DNA of 62,884 bases, filler included, from 6 parts of 6 records of this genome joined end to end with filler, not necessarily neighbours in it, one strand, 5' to 3'; positions 44,481 to 54,802 are shown, numbered from the whole stretch's first letter. Made by a program: numbers and translations. The notes: generated from the sequence alone by a model not told the origin.

Positions 44481-45014
44481 ATGTCTCGTATAGGAAAAAA
44501 ACCAATAGTAATACCATCTGCAGTGAATCTCACGCAAGAGGGTCAGAAAATTATAGCTAAAGGGCCAAAAGGTGAGTTAAATTTTATCCTTCCTGAAGGT
44601 ATAATAGGAAAAATTGAAGGTGATATTTTCACAGTTAATCCTGCGGTTGAAAACAAATCAGGTGTCTCTTTATGGGGTACGTGTCGTTCTATGGTAGCTA
44701 ATCTTATCGAGGGTGTTACTAACGGTTATAAGAAAGAGCTTGAACTAAAAGGTGTCGGTTACAGGGCTCAAATGAAAGGTTCTATGTTATCTATGCAGTT
44801 GGGCTTCTCACATGATGTTGAATATACTGCTCCTCAAGGAGTCACTGTTACAGCTCCAAAGCCAACTTCTGTAATAGTTGAAGGTATTGACAAACAAAAA
44901 GTTGGTCAAGTTGCTGCAATAATTCGATCATACCGAAAGCCCGAGCCCTATAAAGGTAAGGGTGTTCGTTACGTTGGCGAATATGTTCGAAGTAAAGAGG
45001 GTAAGAAGAAGTAA
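44481..45014 (+). CDS. rplF: 50S ribosomal protein L6
   Basis: MSRIGKKP (ATG 44481), PEPYKGKG. Confidence 0.99.
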   Translation: MSRIGKKPIVIPSAVNLTQEGQKIIAKGPKGELNFILPEGIIGKIEGDIFTVNPAVENKSGVSLWGTCRSMVANLIEGVTNGYKKELELKGVGYRAQMKGSMLSMQLGFSHDVEYTAPQGVTVTAPKPTSVIVEGIDKQKVGQVAAIIRSYRKPEPYKGKGVRYVGEYVRSKEGKKK

Positions 45015-45016
45015 TC

Positions 45017-45367
45017 ATGAAAACAGCTCGCGAAAATATGCTACGCCGCGCTCAGAGAGTTCGTCGTCGTTTGAAAAAATATTCTAATGGTCGTCCAAGA
45101 CTTTCTGTGTTCCGTTCTTCTAAGAACATTTATGTTCAGATTATTGATGATGCTTCTGGTACCACTCTAGCTTCTGCTTCAACAATCGAAGATAAAAAAA
45201 TGAAGGGTTCTAACTTAGACGCTGCAACTCGTATAGGTAAGTTAATTGCTGAAAGAGCCAAGAAGGCTAAAATCGAAGATGTTATTTTTGATCGTGGTCC
45301 TTATCTTTATCATGGCCGTGTGAAAGCTCTGGCAGATGCGGCTCGTGAAGCCGGTTTAAAATTCTAG
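45017..45367 (+). CDS. rplR: 50S ribosomal protein L18
   Basis: [19 protein letters not shown]. Confidence 0.99.
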   Translation: MKTARENMLRRAQRVRRRLKKYSNGRPRLSVFRSSKNIYVQIIDDASGTTLASASTIEDKKMKGSNLDAATRIGKLIAERAKKAKIEDVIFDRGPYLYHGRVKALADAAREAGLKF

Positions 45368-45380
45368 GAAAGCATATATT

Positions 45381-45956
45381 ATGGCAGATAGAGAAGATAA
45401 TCGTCGTGGAAAGCGCGATGAAGAAAAAGAAAACGAGTTTATTGATCGTCTTGTGCACATTAACCGTGTGGCGAAAACTGTAAAAGGTGGTCGCAATATG
45501 AGTTTTGCTGCATTGGTCATAGTGGGTGATGAGAAAGGGCGAGTTGGTTTTGGTAAAGGGAAGGCGCGCGAAGTGCCTGAAGCTATTAGAAAGGCAACTG
45601 AAGAGGCAAAAAAGACTATGATACGCATTCCATTACGTGAAGGCCGGACACTGCATCATGACGTTCGAGGAAGGCATGGTGCCGGTAAGATAGTAATGAG
45701 GGCAGCTCCTCCAGGTACAGGCGTTATTGCCGGCGGTCCAATGAGGGCTGTGCTAGAGTGCTTGGGCGTTCAAGATGTTGTCGGAAAGTCTTTAGGAACA
45801 TCAAATCCATATAATATGGTTCGTGCAACTTTTGAAGGTCTTAAGAACATGGAAAGTCCCCGTACAATTGCAAATAAACGTGGCAAAAAAGTTGGTGATA
45901 TTGTTGGTCGCCGTAATGATGGTGCATCAGCTCCAGAAGCTGTAGTTCAGGCTTAG
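45381..45956 (+). CDS. rpsE: 30S ribosomal protein S5
   Basis: [18 protein letters not shown]. Confidence 0.99.
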   Translation: MADREDNRRGKRDEEKENEFIDRLVHINRVAKTVKGGRNMSFAALVIVGDEKGRVGFGKGKAREVPEAIRKATEEAKKTMIRIPLREGRTLHHDVRGRHGAGKIVMRAAPPGTGVIAGGPMRAVLECLGVQDVVGKSLGTSNPYNMVRATFEGLKNMESPRTIANKRGKKVGDIVGRRNDGASAPEAVVQA

Positions 45957-45965
45957 GAGATAGAG

Positions 45966-46154
45966 ATGTCAAAGAAATTAACATTAAAAGTACGCCAAAC
46001 TGGAAGTCCCATTCGTCGTAAGCCAGATCAGAGAGCAACATTGGTTGGTTTAGGTCTGGGCCGAATAGGTAGTATGCGTGAATTAGAGGATACACCTTCT
46101 GTTCGCGGTATGATAAATAAAATTTCACACATGGTTGAAATAGTTGAAGAGTAG
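45966..46154 (+). CDS. rpmD: 50S ribosomal protein L30
   Basis: SPIRR, TLVGLGL, VRGMI. Confidence 0.98.
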   Translation: MSKKLTLKVRQTGSPIRRKPDQRATLVGLGLGRIGSMRELEDTPSVRGMINKISHMVEIVEE

Positions 46155-46190
46155 TACAACTGATACTGGAAGCTTCTGCTGGAGATAAAA

Positions 46191-46841
46191 ATGCGTTTAA
46201 ATGAATTAAGAGATAACATAGGTGCTACTAAAAACCGACTAAGAGTTGGTCGCGGTGTTGGCTCCGGTAAGGGTAAAACTGCTGGTAGGGGCGTTAAAGG
46301 GCAGAAGTCTAGATCTGGTGTTTCAATTAATGGTTTTGAAGGCGGCCAAATGCCTATTTACATGCGTCTGCCTAAGCGTGGTTTTAACAAGCCCAACAGA
46401 AAGAGTTGGACGGAGCTATCAGTAATTAATTTACAAAAAGCTATTGAAAGCGGAAAAATTAAATCAGGTATAAAATATGATGAGGCTTCCTTGGTTTCTA
46501 CCGGAGTAATTAGACGCATTAAAAGTGGTGTGAGGTTGATTGGATCTGGAAAACTTTCTGAAGCTGTTGACTTGGCCATCTCTGGTGTAACTCCTGGAGC
46601 ATTGAAGTCTATAGAGGATGCCAAAGGGTCTATATCAATTGTTGATAGTTCGACAAAATACAGAGCAAAAGGTGTAAAAGCGGAAAAGTCTGATAAACTA
46701 TCTAAGAGTGATAAGAAAAAAAATGTTAAAGTTTTAAAAGAGAAATCTGAGAAAATAGCTAAAAATACGCCGTCTAAAGCCAAAGATGAACCCGCTGCAA
46801 ATAAGACTACAGCTAAAAAAGCTGCTGAGAAGAAGACTTCA
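46191..46841 (+). CDS. rplO: 50S ribosomal protein L15 with Lys-rich C-terminal extension; truncated by the linker
   Basis: [28 protein letters not shown]. Confidence 0.98.
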
Positions 46842-46941
46842 NNNNNNNNNNNNNNNNNNNNNNNNNNNNNNNNNNNNNNNNNNNNTTAATTAATTAANNN
46901 NNNNNNNNNNNNNNNNNNNNNNNNNNNNNNNNNNNNNNNNN
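46842..46941. other. Artificial contig linker
   Basis: N44-TTAATTAATTAA-N44. Confidence 0.99.
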
Positions 46942-46942
46942 G

Positions 46943-47057
46943 CTGGCCTTGGTGGCCGCTGCTGCCAATTATCTCCCAGTTGTTAGAACAGATCTGAGGG
47001 GCTTGTCCCTGCGTTAGTCCTGGGATTTTGTGCAATTGGGATCGATGGTGTGCAACT
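46943..47057 (+). repeat. att-like module, copy 1 (24-nt core plus paired TGTGCAAYT boxes)
   Basis: Core CTGGCCTTGGTGGCCGCTGCTGCC at 46943-46966; boxes at 47029 and 47049; aligns ungapped with 54688-54802. Confidence 0.85.
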
Positions 47058-47142
47058 GAGGCATCGAGGCCTTGATGGTTTTTTGAAGCTGGCTTGGAAT
47101 GCGTTTCCTGTTGATTGGCTCTGATTGGTTCAGTCTCAAGTT

Positions 47143-48450
47143 CTATGACCCCAGGATTGCCGTGCACTCAAGTCTTTCTTGGGAGGCATCGCGACGCTGC
47201 AAACGCAGGCTGATGACCCTGGCGAGATAACGCGCATCCTCGCTAACTCCGCAGAAGCGCCCGGAGCCCCAGGTATGCAGCCATGGCAAACCGATGAAAT
47301 ACAGGCCGGCGCTTTGGGTGACCCCGCGATCATGGGCAGGCAAACCACTCCCATCAAAAACGGGCGCATCAATCCAGCTAAAATCACTGCTATATCCCGT
47401 ACACCAGATCACCGCAGCAAGGGGCTTTGTATTCAAATCAATGCCAGGGTCATTCACGTTTGGGGGTTGCCAACACGGGGAATACGCCGGCTCGATCGGT
47501 GCAGCAATTCCTTCATTTTCGATCCAGCTGTCAATGCTGCTGCGAATGCGGCAGTACACAGCATCGGCCTGATCAAGATTGGCGGCTAAATCATCGGCGA
47601 AGCCGATGTGGTCTCCGGTGATGCTGGATAGACGACCATGCAATTGCATCCCTTCCATTGCACGTCGGCGCAAGTCAATTTCTCGACCGCCGTCACGACC
47701 GGTGAGGTAATGGTTGGTCTTCGATCGGACCGTCCGTGGGTCTGAGTGATCGCTTATAGGCATGGCGTAATAGCCCATCCGGTCTAGCCAATCAACAACG
47801 TCCTTGCCTCGGTAACGGCGCGGAGATCGTGGCGCTCGACCCACACTCAAATGGACAGAACGCCCTGCAAGGTGGAGGTCCTCGGCGATCTGACTGCCTG
47901 ATTGGCCATTCCCGACCACCAACACAGGGCCTTCGGGGAAAGCATCAGGGTTTCGGTAGGAACGCGCATCGATTTGTTGTAACGAGGTGGGTAGACGTTG
48001 GGCGTATGGATGACGACGGGGAATGTGATACCCCCCAGTTGCAACGATGACGTGTTCGGCATCGATCACTCCCTCGGTGGTGATCAATCGGTAGCCATTG
48101 CCAATGGGTGTGAGACGTTCGACAGCAACTCCTTCGCGTAAATCAGCGTTGACCTGCTGAGCAAAGCGCTGGAGATAATTCACAATGGATTTCTTGGCCA
48201 TGAAGCCGTCTGGCTGATCGCCGTCGTAGGGGAAATCAGGCAGACGGCATTGCCAGTTTGGTGTGACTAAACAGAACGAATCCCACCGTTGCTGGTCCCA
48301 TGCATAGGCGACACGGTGTTTTTCGAGAACGAGAGGTTTTAGCCCTTGCAGTTGCAGTGCATGAGCCACGGAAAGACCAGCTTGGCCTGCTCCGACGATG
48401 ACAACCGAACGGCGCTTTGACGATTCATTCTGGGTTGATATGTCTTTCAC
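47143..48450 (-). CDS. nitH: MSMEG_0569-family flavin-dependent oxidoreductase (NitH)
   Basis: GAGQAG, RWDSFCLVTPNWQC, GNGQSGSQIAEDL, WLHTWGSGRF; start could be GTG 48450 or ATG 48510. Confidence 0.88.
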   Translation of the reverse strand: MKDISTQNESSKRRSVVIVGAGQAGLSVAHALQLQGLKPLVLEKHRVAYAWDQQRWDSFCLVTPNWQCRLPDFPYDGDQPDGFMAKKSIVNYLQRFAQQVNADLREGVAVERLTPIGNGYRLITTEGVIDAEHVIVATGGYHIPRRHPYAQRLPTSLQQIDARSYRNPDAFPEGPVLVVGNGQSGSQIAEDLHLAGRSVHLSVGRAPRSPRRYRGKDVVDWLDRMGYYAMPISDHSDPRTVRSKTNHYLTGRDGGREIDLRRRAMEGMQLHGRLSSITGDHIGFADDLAANLDQADAVYCRIRSSIDSWIENEGIAAPIEPAYSPCWQPPNVNDPGIDLNTKPLAAVIWCTGYSSDFSWIDAPVFDGSGLPAHDRGVTQSAGLYFIGLPWLHTWGSGRFCGVSEDARYLARVISLRLQRRDASQERLECTAILGS

Positions 48451-48548
48451 CAATTGAAAGTCTTTAATGTATGTGGGAATCTTCCAACGCCGATGTAGCT
48501 GAAGGCACATAAATAGGAAAGTGGAGTTTTGGATCTGACCCGAATTTT

Positions 48549-48564
48549 TGTAACATTAATCACA
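48549..48564 (+). promoter_or_regulatory. NtcA-like binding site in the nitH/nitB divergent region
   Basis: TGTAACATTAATCACA = TGT-N10-ACA / GTA-N8-CAC; -10-like CACGAT at 48587, 23 nt downstream. Confidence 0.6.
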
Positions 48565-48614
48565 TCACAGAGCGGATCAATTCGGACACGATTGGTGTAC
48601 CAAGAAAAATCTAA

Positions 48615-49097
48615 ATGCCTACAGTTGATCGTCCCGCCAATCAGCCCGGTGATTTCCTTGTCGATTATGAGGAGAAAGTCTTTCCTGATATCAAGGCCGA
48701 CCCCGGAGAAAAGGCTTTAGTCACATTCCATACAGTGGCTTTCGAGGGATCCATCGGCCTTGTCAATCTCCTGCAAGCTAGCCGTTTAATCACTAAAGGC
48801 TTTGAGACTTCTGTCCTGCTCTATGGTCCTGGCGTCACACTGGGTGTGATGCGCGGCTTCCCCAAGCTTGGCGATGCAGCGTTTGATGGTCATCTGAACT
48901 TCAATGCCCGCCTCCAAAAATTCATGGATCAAGGCGGAAAAGTTTATGCCTGTCGGTTTGCCTTGCAGGCCCTGTATGGACATGGTGAAAAAGCATTGAT
49001 GCCTGGAATCACGCCAGTTAATCCACTTGATGTTCTCGACATCGTCTTGATGCACCGTAAAGAAAACGCCTTCATTCTTGATACCTGGACGCTTTGA
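48615..49097 (+). CDS. nitB: MSMEG_0572/Sll0783-family protein (NitB, DsrE-like)
   Basis: [37 protein letters not shown]. Confidence 0.92.
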   Translation: MPTVDRPANQPGDFLVDYEEKVFPDIKADPGEKALVTFHTVAFEGSIGLVNLLQASRLITKGFETSVLLYGPGVTLGVMRGFPKLGDAAFDGHLNFNARLQKFMDQGGKVYACRFALQALYGHGEKALMPGITPVNPLDVLDIVLMHRKENAFILDTWTL

Positions 49098-49121
49098 CTT
49101 TCACTTTTGGGTTTGTTCACT

Positions 49122-50120
49122 GTGACTACAATTAAGGTTGCTGCTGCCCAGATCCGTCCTGTCCTTTTCAGTCTGGACGGATCCCTCCAGAGGGTGCTCG
49201 ATGCCATGGCTGAAGCAGCATTCCAGGGTGTTGAGCTGATCGTATTTCCTGAAACTTTCCTGCCGTATTACCCCTATTTTTCGTTTGTTGAACCACCTGT
49301 TCTGATGGGTCGTTCCCATCTGGCCCTCTACGAACAGGCCGTGGTGGTACCGGGGCCAGTAACTGATGCAGTTGGTGCTGCTGCACGTCAACACGAAATG
49401 CAGGTTCTCCTCGGTGTCAATGAACGTGATGGTGGGACGCTCTACAACACGCAACTGTTGTTCAACAGTTGCGGCGAGATTGCTTTGAAACGTCGGAAAA
49501 TTACACCGACCTATCACGAGCGAATGGTCTGGGGTCAAGGTGACGGCTCAGGCCTGAAGGTGGTGCCCACGCCACTGGCCCGCGTCGGAGCCCTGGCCTG
49601 TTGGGAGCACTACAACCCACTTGCCCGTTACGCCTTGATGGCCCAGGGCGAGGAGATCCACTGCGCTCAGTTTCCCGGCTCTCTGGTGGGACCGATTTTC
49701 AGTGAACAGACCGCCGTCACCATGCGTCATCACGCTCTGGAAGCCGGGTGTTTCGTGGTCTGTTCCACCGGCTGGCTCGACCCCGATGACTATGCGTCGA
49801 TCACGCCTGAGACGACTCTGCATAAGGCGTTTCAAGGGGGTTGTCATACCGCCGTGATCAGCCCTGAAGGCCGTTATCTGGCTGGTCCTTTGCCTGATGG
49901 TGAGGGGTTGGCTATCGCCGATCTGGATCTCGCACTGATCACCAAGCGCAAACGGATGATGGACAGCGTCGGCCATTACAGCCGTCCCGAACTGCTGTCT
50001 CTGCACATCAACAGCATGCCTGCGGTCCCCGTCCATGACATGACTACGTCATTGGTTCCTTTGACTCCAGCCTCGGCTCCTGATGGCCTGTCATCGATGG
50101 AGACGTTGAACCATGTCTGA
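49122..50120 (+). CDS. nitC: Nit1C (Nit6803-type) nitrilase
   Basis: Catalytic E-K-C in [33 protein letters not shown]. Confidence 0.95.
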   Translation: MTTIKVAAAQIRPVLFSLDGSLQRVLDAMAEAAFQGVELIVFPETFLPYYPYFSFVEPPVLMGRSHLALYEQAVVVPGPVTDAVGAAARQHEMQVLLGVNERDGGTLYNTQLLFNSCGEIALKRRKITPTYHERMVWGQGDGSGLKVVPTPLARVGALACWEHYNPLARYALMAQGEEIHCAQFPGSLVGPIFSEQTAVTMRHHALEAGCFVVCSTGWLDPDDYASITPETTLHKAFQGGCHTAVISPEGRYLAGPLPDGEGLAIADLDLALITKRKRMMDSVGHYSRPELLSLHINSMPAVPVHDMTTSLVPLTPASAPDGLSSMETLNHV

Positions 50121-51201
50121 TCTTGGTCGCCTGGTCACTGAACTCCAGGTGAATGGGGTTCGGGTTGACTCTTTAAAGGGAAACACTGGACGACGGGGAG
50201 GTGCGGGTCCCTCCGATCACCGTGCCTTGGATCTCAACGGCACCACTGTGATGGTGCCCGTCTACAACGATGCTTCCGCATCGTCTCCTTACAAGCTCGC
50301 ATCCTCTGGTGCTGCTCTTGCGATCGAGGGACCCGAGCAGCAATGTTCTCCAGAGATCACAACCCCACGAGAGCCCCAGTTTTATGGCTTGAGCACAGAC
50401 GACGGAATCTCCTATCGATCGATTGCCTTGCTGCACAGCAAGGATGTATTGGCGACCACGCTGCTGCAGACCTGCATCCGCTTCCGGGATCGATCGCAGT
50501 CCTGTCAGTTCTGCGCCATTGAACAGTCGATCGACGATGGTGCCTTGATTCGCAAAACTCCCGATCAGGTCGCGGAGGTGGCGGAAGCCGCTGTCCGTTT
50601 GGATGGGGTCAAGCAGCTGGTGATGACCACTGGAACGCCCAATAGTGATGATCGCGGTGCTCGTTTGATGGCTGAAACCGCTGAAGCGGTCAAACGTCGG
50701 GTCAATGTCCCAATCCAGGGCCAGTGTGAACCGCCGGAGGATCCGAGCTGGTACCAACGCATGAAGGAGTCTGGAATCGACAGTCTCGGTATACATCTAG
50801 AGGTTGTTGAGCCTGATGTACGGCGTCGGATCCTTCCAGGGAAATCGGAGCTCAGTCTTGAGCGCTACTACGAAGCCTTCGCCGATGCCGTTGCCGTGTT
50901 CGGGCGGGGTGAGGTGTCGACGTATCTTCTGGCAGGACTAGGCGATAGCAAAGAGGCCTTGCTGGCCTGCAGTCGCCGCCTGATTGAACTCGGGGTCTAC
51001 CCCTTTGTAGTGCCCTTTGTTCCGATCTCTGGAACTCCACTTGAGAGCCATCCATCACCAGACAGCTCTTTCATGGTTGACGTTTATCAGGGTGTTGCGG
51101 CGATGCTGAAAGCGGGGGATCTGCGCTCCGAGCAGATGTCCGCCGGTTGTGCCAAATGCGGAGCTTGCTCGGCGCTCTCTCTGTTCGAGAAGGCTTCGTA
51201 G
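50113..51201 (+). CDS. nitD: MSMEG_0568-family radical SAM protein (NitD)
   Basis: [11 protein letters not shown]-x9-C-x2-C ([14 protein letters not shown]), C-terminal CAKCGACS. Confidence 0.93.
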   Translation: MSDLGRLVTELQVNGVRVDSLKGNTGRRGGAGPSDHRALDLNGTTVMVPVYNDASASSPYKLASSGAALAIEGPEQQCSPEITTPREPQFYGLSTDDGISYRSIALLHSKDVLATTLLQTCIRFRDRSQSCQFCAIEQSIDDGALIRKTPDQVAEVAEAAVRLDGVKQLVMTTGTPNSDDRGARLMAETAEAVKRRVNVPIQGQCEPPEDPSWYQRMKESGIDSLGIHLEVVEPDVRRRILPGKSELSLERYYEAFADAVAVFGRGEVSTYLLAGLGDSKEALLACSRRLIELGVYPFVVPFVPISGTPLESHPSPDSSFMVDVYQGVAAMLKAGDLRSEQMSAGCAKCGACSALSLFEKAS

Positions 51202-51203
51202 TC

Positions 51204-51872
51204 ATGGTCTCGTGTCTTGATCCCAGCAGCTGCGGCATTGGCCGCAGCATCAGCTCCGCACCGCATCTGTTCACGCCGTCTGTGCGCGGTGGCATCGGCA
51301 TCGATGCCGATGATTTTCGTCTGTCTCCCACAGCGGCCTCGGACCGTTTCACCTTTCATCTGCTGCGTTCCGATTCCTCTCTGATGCAGGGGTACTGGTC
51401 GTTGCGGCGTGGCATTTTCTGCAGCGAACAGCACGTTTTCGAAAGTTCGGATCGTGATGAGCTTGATGCGTTCGCCTATCCGATTGCTGCACTGCACCAC
51501 AGCTCAGACCCAGAGCATGATGACTCTGCCGACATGAGTGTCGTTGGCGTGGTTCGTATCGTCGAGACGGAATCGCGTCTCTGGTACGGCGGTCGTCTTG
51601 GCGTGCACAGCGACTTCCGACGTCACAATCAAATCGGTAAGGGGTTGATTTGGAAGGCAGTCACAACAGCGAATGGTTGGGGATGCGATCGCTTTCTTGC
51701 CACCGTACAGATTCAAAATGTTCGCTTTTTCCGTCGCTTGCACTGGTCTTCGGTTGACGAGCTAGAGATCCGGGGCATCCGCCATCACCTGATGCAGGCC
51801 GACCTCACGTATTACGTGCCATCCCGTGAACAACGCCCGATCGCCTTGCCCAAACTCTCTATCGCGGCGTGA
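51204..51872 (+). CDS. nitE: MSMEG_0567/Sll0786-family GNAT acetyltransferase (NitE)
   Basis: FCSEQ..F..SDRDE, WYGGRLGV, FLATVQ.QNV.FF; ATG 51204. Confidence 0.9.
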   Translation: MVSCLDPSSCGIGRSISSAPHLFTPSVRGGIGIDADDFRLSPTAASDRFTFHLLRSDSSLMQGYWSLRRGIFCSEQHVFESSDRDELDAFAYPIAALHHSSDPEHDDSADMSVVGVVRIVETESRLWYGGRLGVHSDFRRHNQIGKGLIWKAVTTANGWGCDRFLATVQIQNVRFFRRLHWSSVDELEIRGIRHHLMQADLTYYVPSREQRPIALPKLSIAA

Positions 51873-52846
51873 GTGACTTGCCTCTCGTGAACGCCTTGCG
51901 GAGGTCCAGTGGCCTTCAGGCGAAGAGTGATATCCGCTCGGCTGCGGCCACCTTTTGCCATCAGCCATTTCCACAGCTGGGATTGGCTGGGATGCTCGGT
52001 GATGACACCGCCGTGGTGCCTGCCCAGATAGGTCAGCTGCTGCTGGCCTGTGAGGGGATGCATCCAGACCTCGTTGAGGAGGACCCCTGGTTCGCAGGCT
52101 GGAGTGGAGTTTTGGTCAACCTCAGTGACATCGCGGCCATGGGTGGTCGACCGCTGGCTCTGGTGAACAGTGTCTGGAGCACCGACGCGGAAGGTATGAG
52201 TGCCTTGATGGAGGGAATGCAATTCGCGTGCGATCGCTTTGGTGTGCCAATGGTGGGTGGCCACTCCAACCAGCAGAGCTCCTTCCAGGCGCTCTCTGTT
52301 TCCGTTCTAGGAGTAGCAGATGGTCCCGTTCTGTCCGCTCGCGCAGCACGTCCCGGCGATGAGCTTTGGATGCTGGTTAATAAAGCTGGAGGCTTTTATC
52401 GCCACTACCCCTTCTGGGATGCAGCAACCCATGCCCCTCCCGAACGTCTTCGCAGCCAGCTCGCACTGTTGCCTGCTCTGGCCGCAGCACAACTTGTACA
52501 CGCCGCCAAGGACATCAGCATGGGAGGAATCACTGGCACCGCGGTGATGTTTGCCGAAGCCTGCGGGCACCAACTGATCCTTGATCTGGATGCTGTGGAA
52601 GGTCCTGGTGACGTCCTCGACGAGACCTGGCTTACTTGCTTTCCAAGCTTTGGATACCTCCTGGCTGTTGATCCCACGCGCACTCCAGCCCTTGAGCAGA
52701 TGATGGCGAGTGATCCGACACTGATTTGCTGCCGAATTGGAGATTTTGCAGAGGGTGATTGCAGTGTGCTGTTGCAGCACTCCGGGGCGATACATCGCTT
52801 CTGGGATGGCAGTCATGCGCTCACTGGTTTTGGCTGTGTTCGATGA
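51869..52846 (+). CDS. nitF: Sll0787-family AIR synthase-like protein (NitF)
   Basis: LGDD, VNLSDIAAMGGRP, VGGHS, AKDISMGG, FPSFGYLL. Confidence 0.92.
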   Translation: MSDLPLVNALRRSSGLQAKSDIRSAAATFCHQPFPQLGLAGMLGDDTAVVPAQIGQLLLACEGMHPDLVEEDPWFAGWSGVLVNLSDIAAMGGRPLALVNSVWSTDAEGMSALMEGMQFACDRFGVPMVGGHSNQQSSFQALSVSVLGVADGPVLSARAARPGDELWMLVNKAGGFYRHYPFWDAATHAPPERLRSQLALLPALAAAQLVHAAKDISMGGITGTAVMFAEACGHQLILDLDAVEGPGDVLDETWLTCFPSFGYLLAVDPTRTPALEQMMASDPTLICCRIGDFAEGDCSVLLQHSGAIHRFWDGSHALTGFGCVR

Positions 52847-52898
52847 GACAGCCATTGGCAAAGTTACCGTGCAAAGTCGAGCAATTCGGCTGTGATCG

Positions 52899-53180
52899 AT
52901 GCCTGAAGTTCGTTTTCAACTGGAGTGGCCAGACGGACAAATCAGCACGTTGTACTCACCTTCCACAGTGATCCTTGATTATTTCCAACCCGGTGATTCC
53001 TTGTTGGTTTCTGAGCTTGAGTCGCGTGGCGTTGAAGCCCTTCGCGAAGCATCCGAACGCGTTCGCGCCCGTTATGGCTTTGCCTGCACTCGCACCAATG
53101 AGGAGGAATCTCAGCTGCGTGAATGGATCTCCCGCTACAGCTCCGATGACACCGTTCGTGTGACTGGACCACAAACCTAA
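52899..53180 (+). CDS. nitG: MSMEG_0570-family protein (NitG)
   Basis: MPEVRF..WPDG....[17 protein letters not shown]. Confidence 0.92.
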   Translation: MPEVRFQLEWPDGQISTLYSPSTVILDYFQPGDSLLVSELESRGVEALREASERVRARYGFACTRTNEEESQLREWISRYSSDDTVRVTGPQT

Positions 53181-53208
53181 TTATCACTTTTTTATTGAGC
53201 TGCCCTCA

Positions 53209-53676
53209 ATGTCTGGAAAACCCCCTTTCCCTCCATTCACCCTTGAAACCGCTCGCCAGAAAGCGCGCATGGCGGAAAATGCTTGGAACAGCAAAGATGC
53301 CGACAAGGTTTCACTCGCCTATACCGAAGACAGCGTTTGGCGGAACCGCAGTGAATTCATTCAGGGTCGAGCTGAAATCTTGGCCTTCCTACAGCGCAAA
53401 TGGGCCAAGGAACTGGACTACAAATTGATCAAGGAGGTCTGGGCCTGCAGCGACAACCGCATCGCTGTTCGCTTCCAGTACGAGTGGCGCAACGCCGAAA
53501 GCCAGTGGTTCCGCGCCCATGGCAATGAAAACTGGGAATTCGCCGAGAACGGCTTGATGTCCCGGCGTGAAGCCAGCATCAACGATGTGCCGATTGGGGA
53601 GAGCGACCGTCTTTTCACCTGGAGTGATGGCCCCAGGCCCGATGATTTCCCAGGGCTGACGGAGCTGGGTCTCTGA
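53209..53676 (+). CDS. DUF1348 / NTF2-like (SnoaL-fold) protein
   Basis: [36 protein letters not shown]. Confidence 0.9.
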   Translation: MSGKPPFPPFTLETARQKARMAENAWNSKDADKVSLAYTEDSVWRNRSEFIQGRAEILAFLQRKWAKELDYKLIKEVWACSDNRIAVRFQYEWRNAESQWFRAHGNENWEFAENGLMSRREASINDVPIGESDRLFTWSDGPRPDDFPGLTELGL

Positions 53677-53680
53677 GCGG

Positions 53681-54469
53681 ATGGAGCTGAACCGCCACCC
53701 GCTGCCGCAGGCGATCCACACGATGGCGGATCTACAGCTGTTCATGGAACACCACGTGTTCGCGGTGTGGGATTTCATGCTGTTGCTCAAGACCTTGCAG
53801 CAGCACCTGGCTCCTTCCGGCGCGCCCTGGGTGCCACCGACTCATCCCGAGATTGCTGGCCTGGTGAACAGCCTGGTGGCGGAAGAGGAATGTGATCTTC
53901 TGCCCGAGAGCCTCGGAGGACCTCTGCATCTGCCCCATTTCGCGATCTACAGGCGTGCAATGGGGGAAATAGGAGCGGACACCACAGTGATCGATGCAGT
54001 CATCCAAAAAGCAGCAGGCGGCGATCTGACCAGAGCACTTCTCCACGAAGGGATTCCTGGGCCCTCCGCGCGGTTCATTCGCAGAACGCAGGCATTGATC
54101 GCGGCCGGTGAAATCCACGCCCTGGCGGCGGCATTTGCCTATGGCCGGGAGCTGTTAGTTCCGGGTTTATTTCGAGATCTTCTTGATCGCCTGAGCGTGT
54201 TGGCGCTGCCATGTCCAACGCTGCGCTGGTACCTCGAACGTCACATTTCCCTTGATGGTGAAAGCCATGGACCATTGGCGGAATCGATGGTTCTCACTCT
54301 TGCTGGAACCAATACTGCTGCTCATGCACGGGTTCAATCAGTTCGTAAAAAGGTGCAAGCCGATCGGTCTGAGTTCTGGGATGCAATTGACACCAAGCTT
54401 CGGGAGAGGTCTCAGATCAATCGATCCCGCGGCGAACATTCACACATGCTCTGTTCTGGTCTGACCTAA
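53681..54469 (+). CDS. DUF3050 heme-oxygenase-like putative diiron protein
   Basis: FMEHHVFAVWDFM, EEECD, GRE, YLERHISLDGESHGP. Confidence 0.85.
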   Translation: MELNRHPLPQAIHTMADLQLFMEHHVFAVWDFMLLLKTLQQHLAPSGAPWVPPTHPEIAGLVNSLVAEEECDLLPESLGGPLHLPHFAIYRRAMGEIGADTTVIDAVIQKAAGGDLTRALLHEGIPGPSARFIRRTQALIAAGEIHALAAAFAYGRELLVPGLFRDLLDRLSVLALPCPTLRWYLERHISLDGESHGPLAESMVLTLAGTNTAAHARVQSVRKKVQADRSEFWDAIDTKLRERSQINRSRGEHSHMLCSGLT

Positions 54470-54640
54470 CTCCAAACATCGTGACGGCTCAGGCGGTCTG
54501 TTTGACGTTTTGGCATGTGGTTCGTGTTGGCTGCGATTTTTACCCGTCTGGTTAGCGGTGATCCTTGGAGGTGCTGTTTTGCGGTGGAGTGGATAAATTG
54601 CCCCTGGCCTGGTCCATTCCTCAGCAGAATCACTGCATTG

Positions 54641-54742
54641 ATGATGAGCGTGGTGGCTGGAGCTGGTGTGAATCCTGCTGATCAACACTGGCCCTGGTGG
54701 CCGCTGCTGCCGCTTGAGAGTGTTTATTTGCAGTGGATTTAA
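54641..54742 (+). pseudogene. 5' fragment of a DUF4336-like gene, interrupted just after the att-like core
   Basis: MMSVVAGAGVNPADQHWPWWPLLPL then a short unrelated tail and stop. I recall this motif as the N-terminus of cyanobacterial DUF4336 proteins (normally continuing YPYG); not verified by search. Confidence 0.6.
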
Positions 54743-54802
54743 GGGTCGTGTCTCTGAAATGTCCCTCGTTTGTTGTGCAACTGGGCAGGAGTGTGTGCAA
54801 CT
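54688..54802 (+). repeat. att-like module, copy 2
   Basis: Core CTGGCCCTGGTGGCCGCTGCTGCC at 54688-54711; TGTGCAACT boxes at 54774 and 54794. Confidence 0.85.

Larger units (their letters stand above)
46943..54711. mobile_element. Putative non-autonomous integrative cassette carrying Nit1C
   Basis: Bounded by direct 24-nt cores (23/24 identical) 7745 nt apart; only cargo genes inside. Mobility is inferred. Confidence 0.55.

Noticed and set aside
54721-54802. Tn7-like transposon end (TGT plus periodic boxes)
   Set aside because: The left copy has no TGT at the same offset, the ends are direct rather than inverted, and a 24-nt duplicated core fits site-specific recombination better than a 5-bp TSD.
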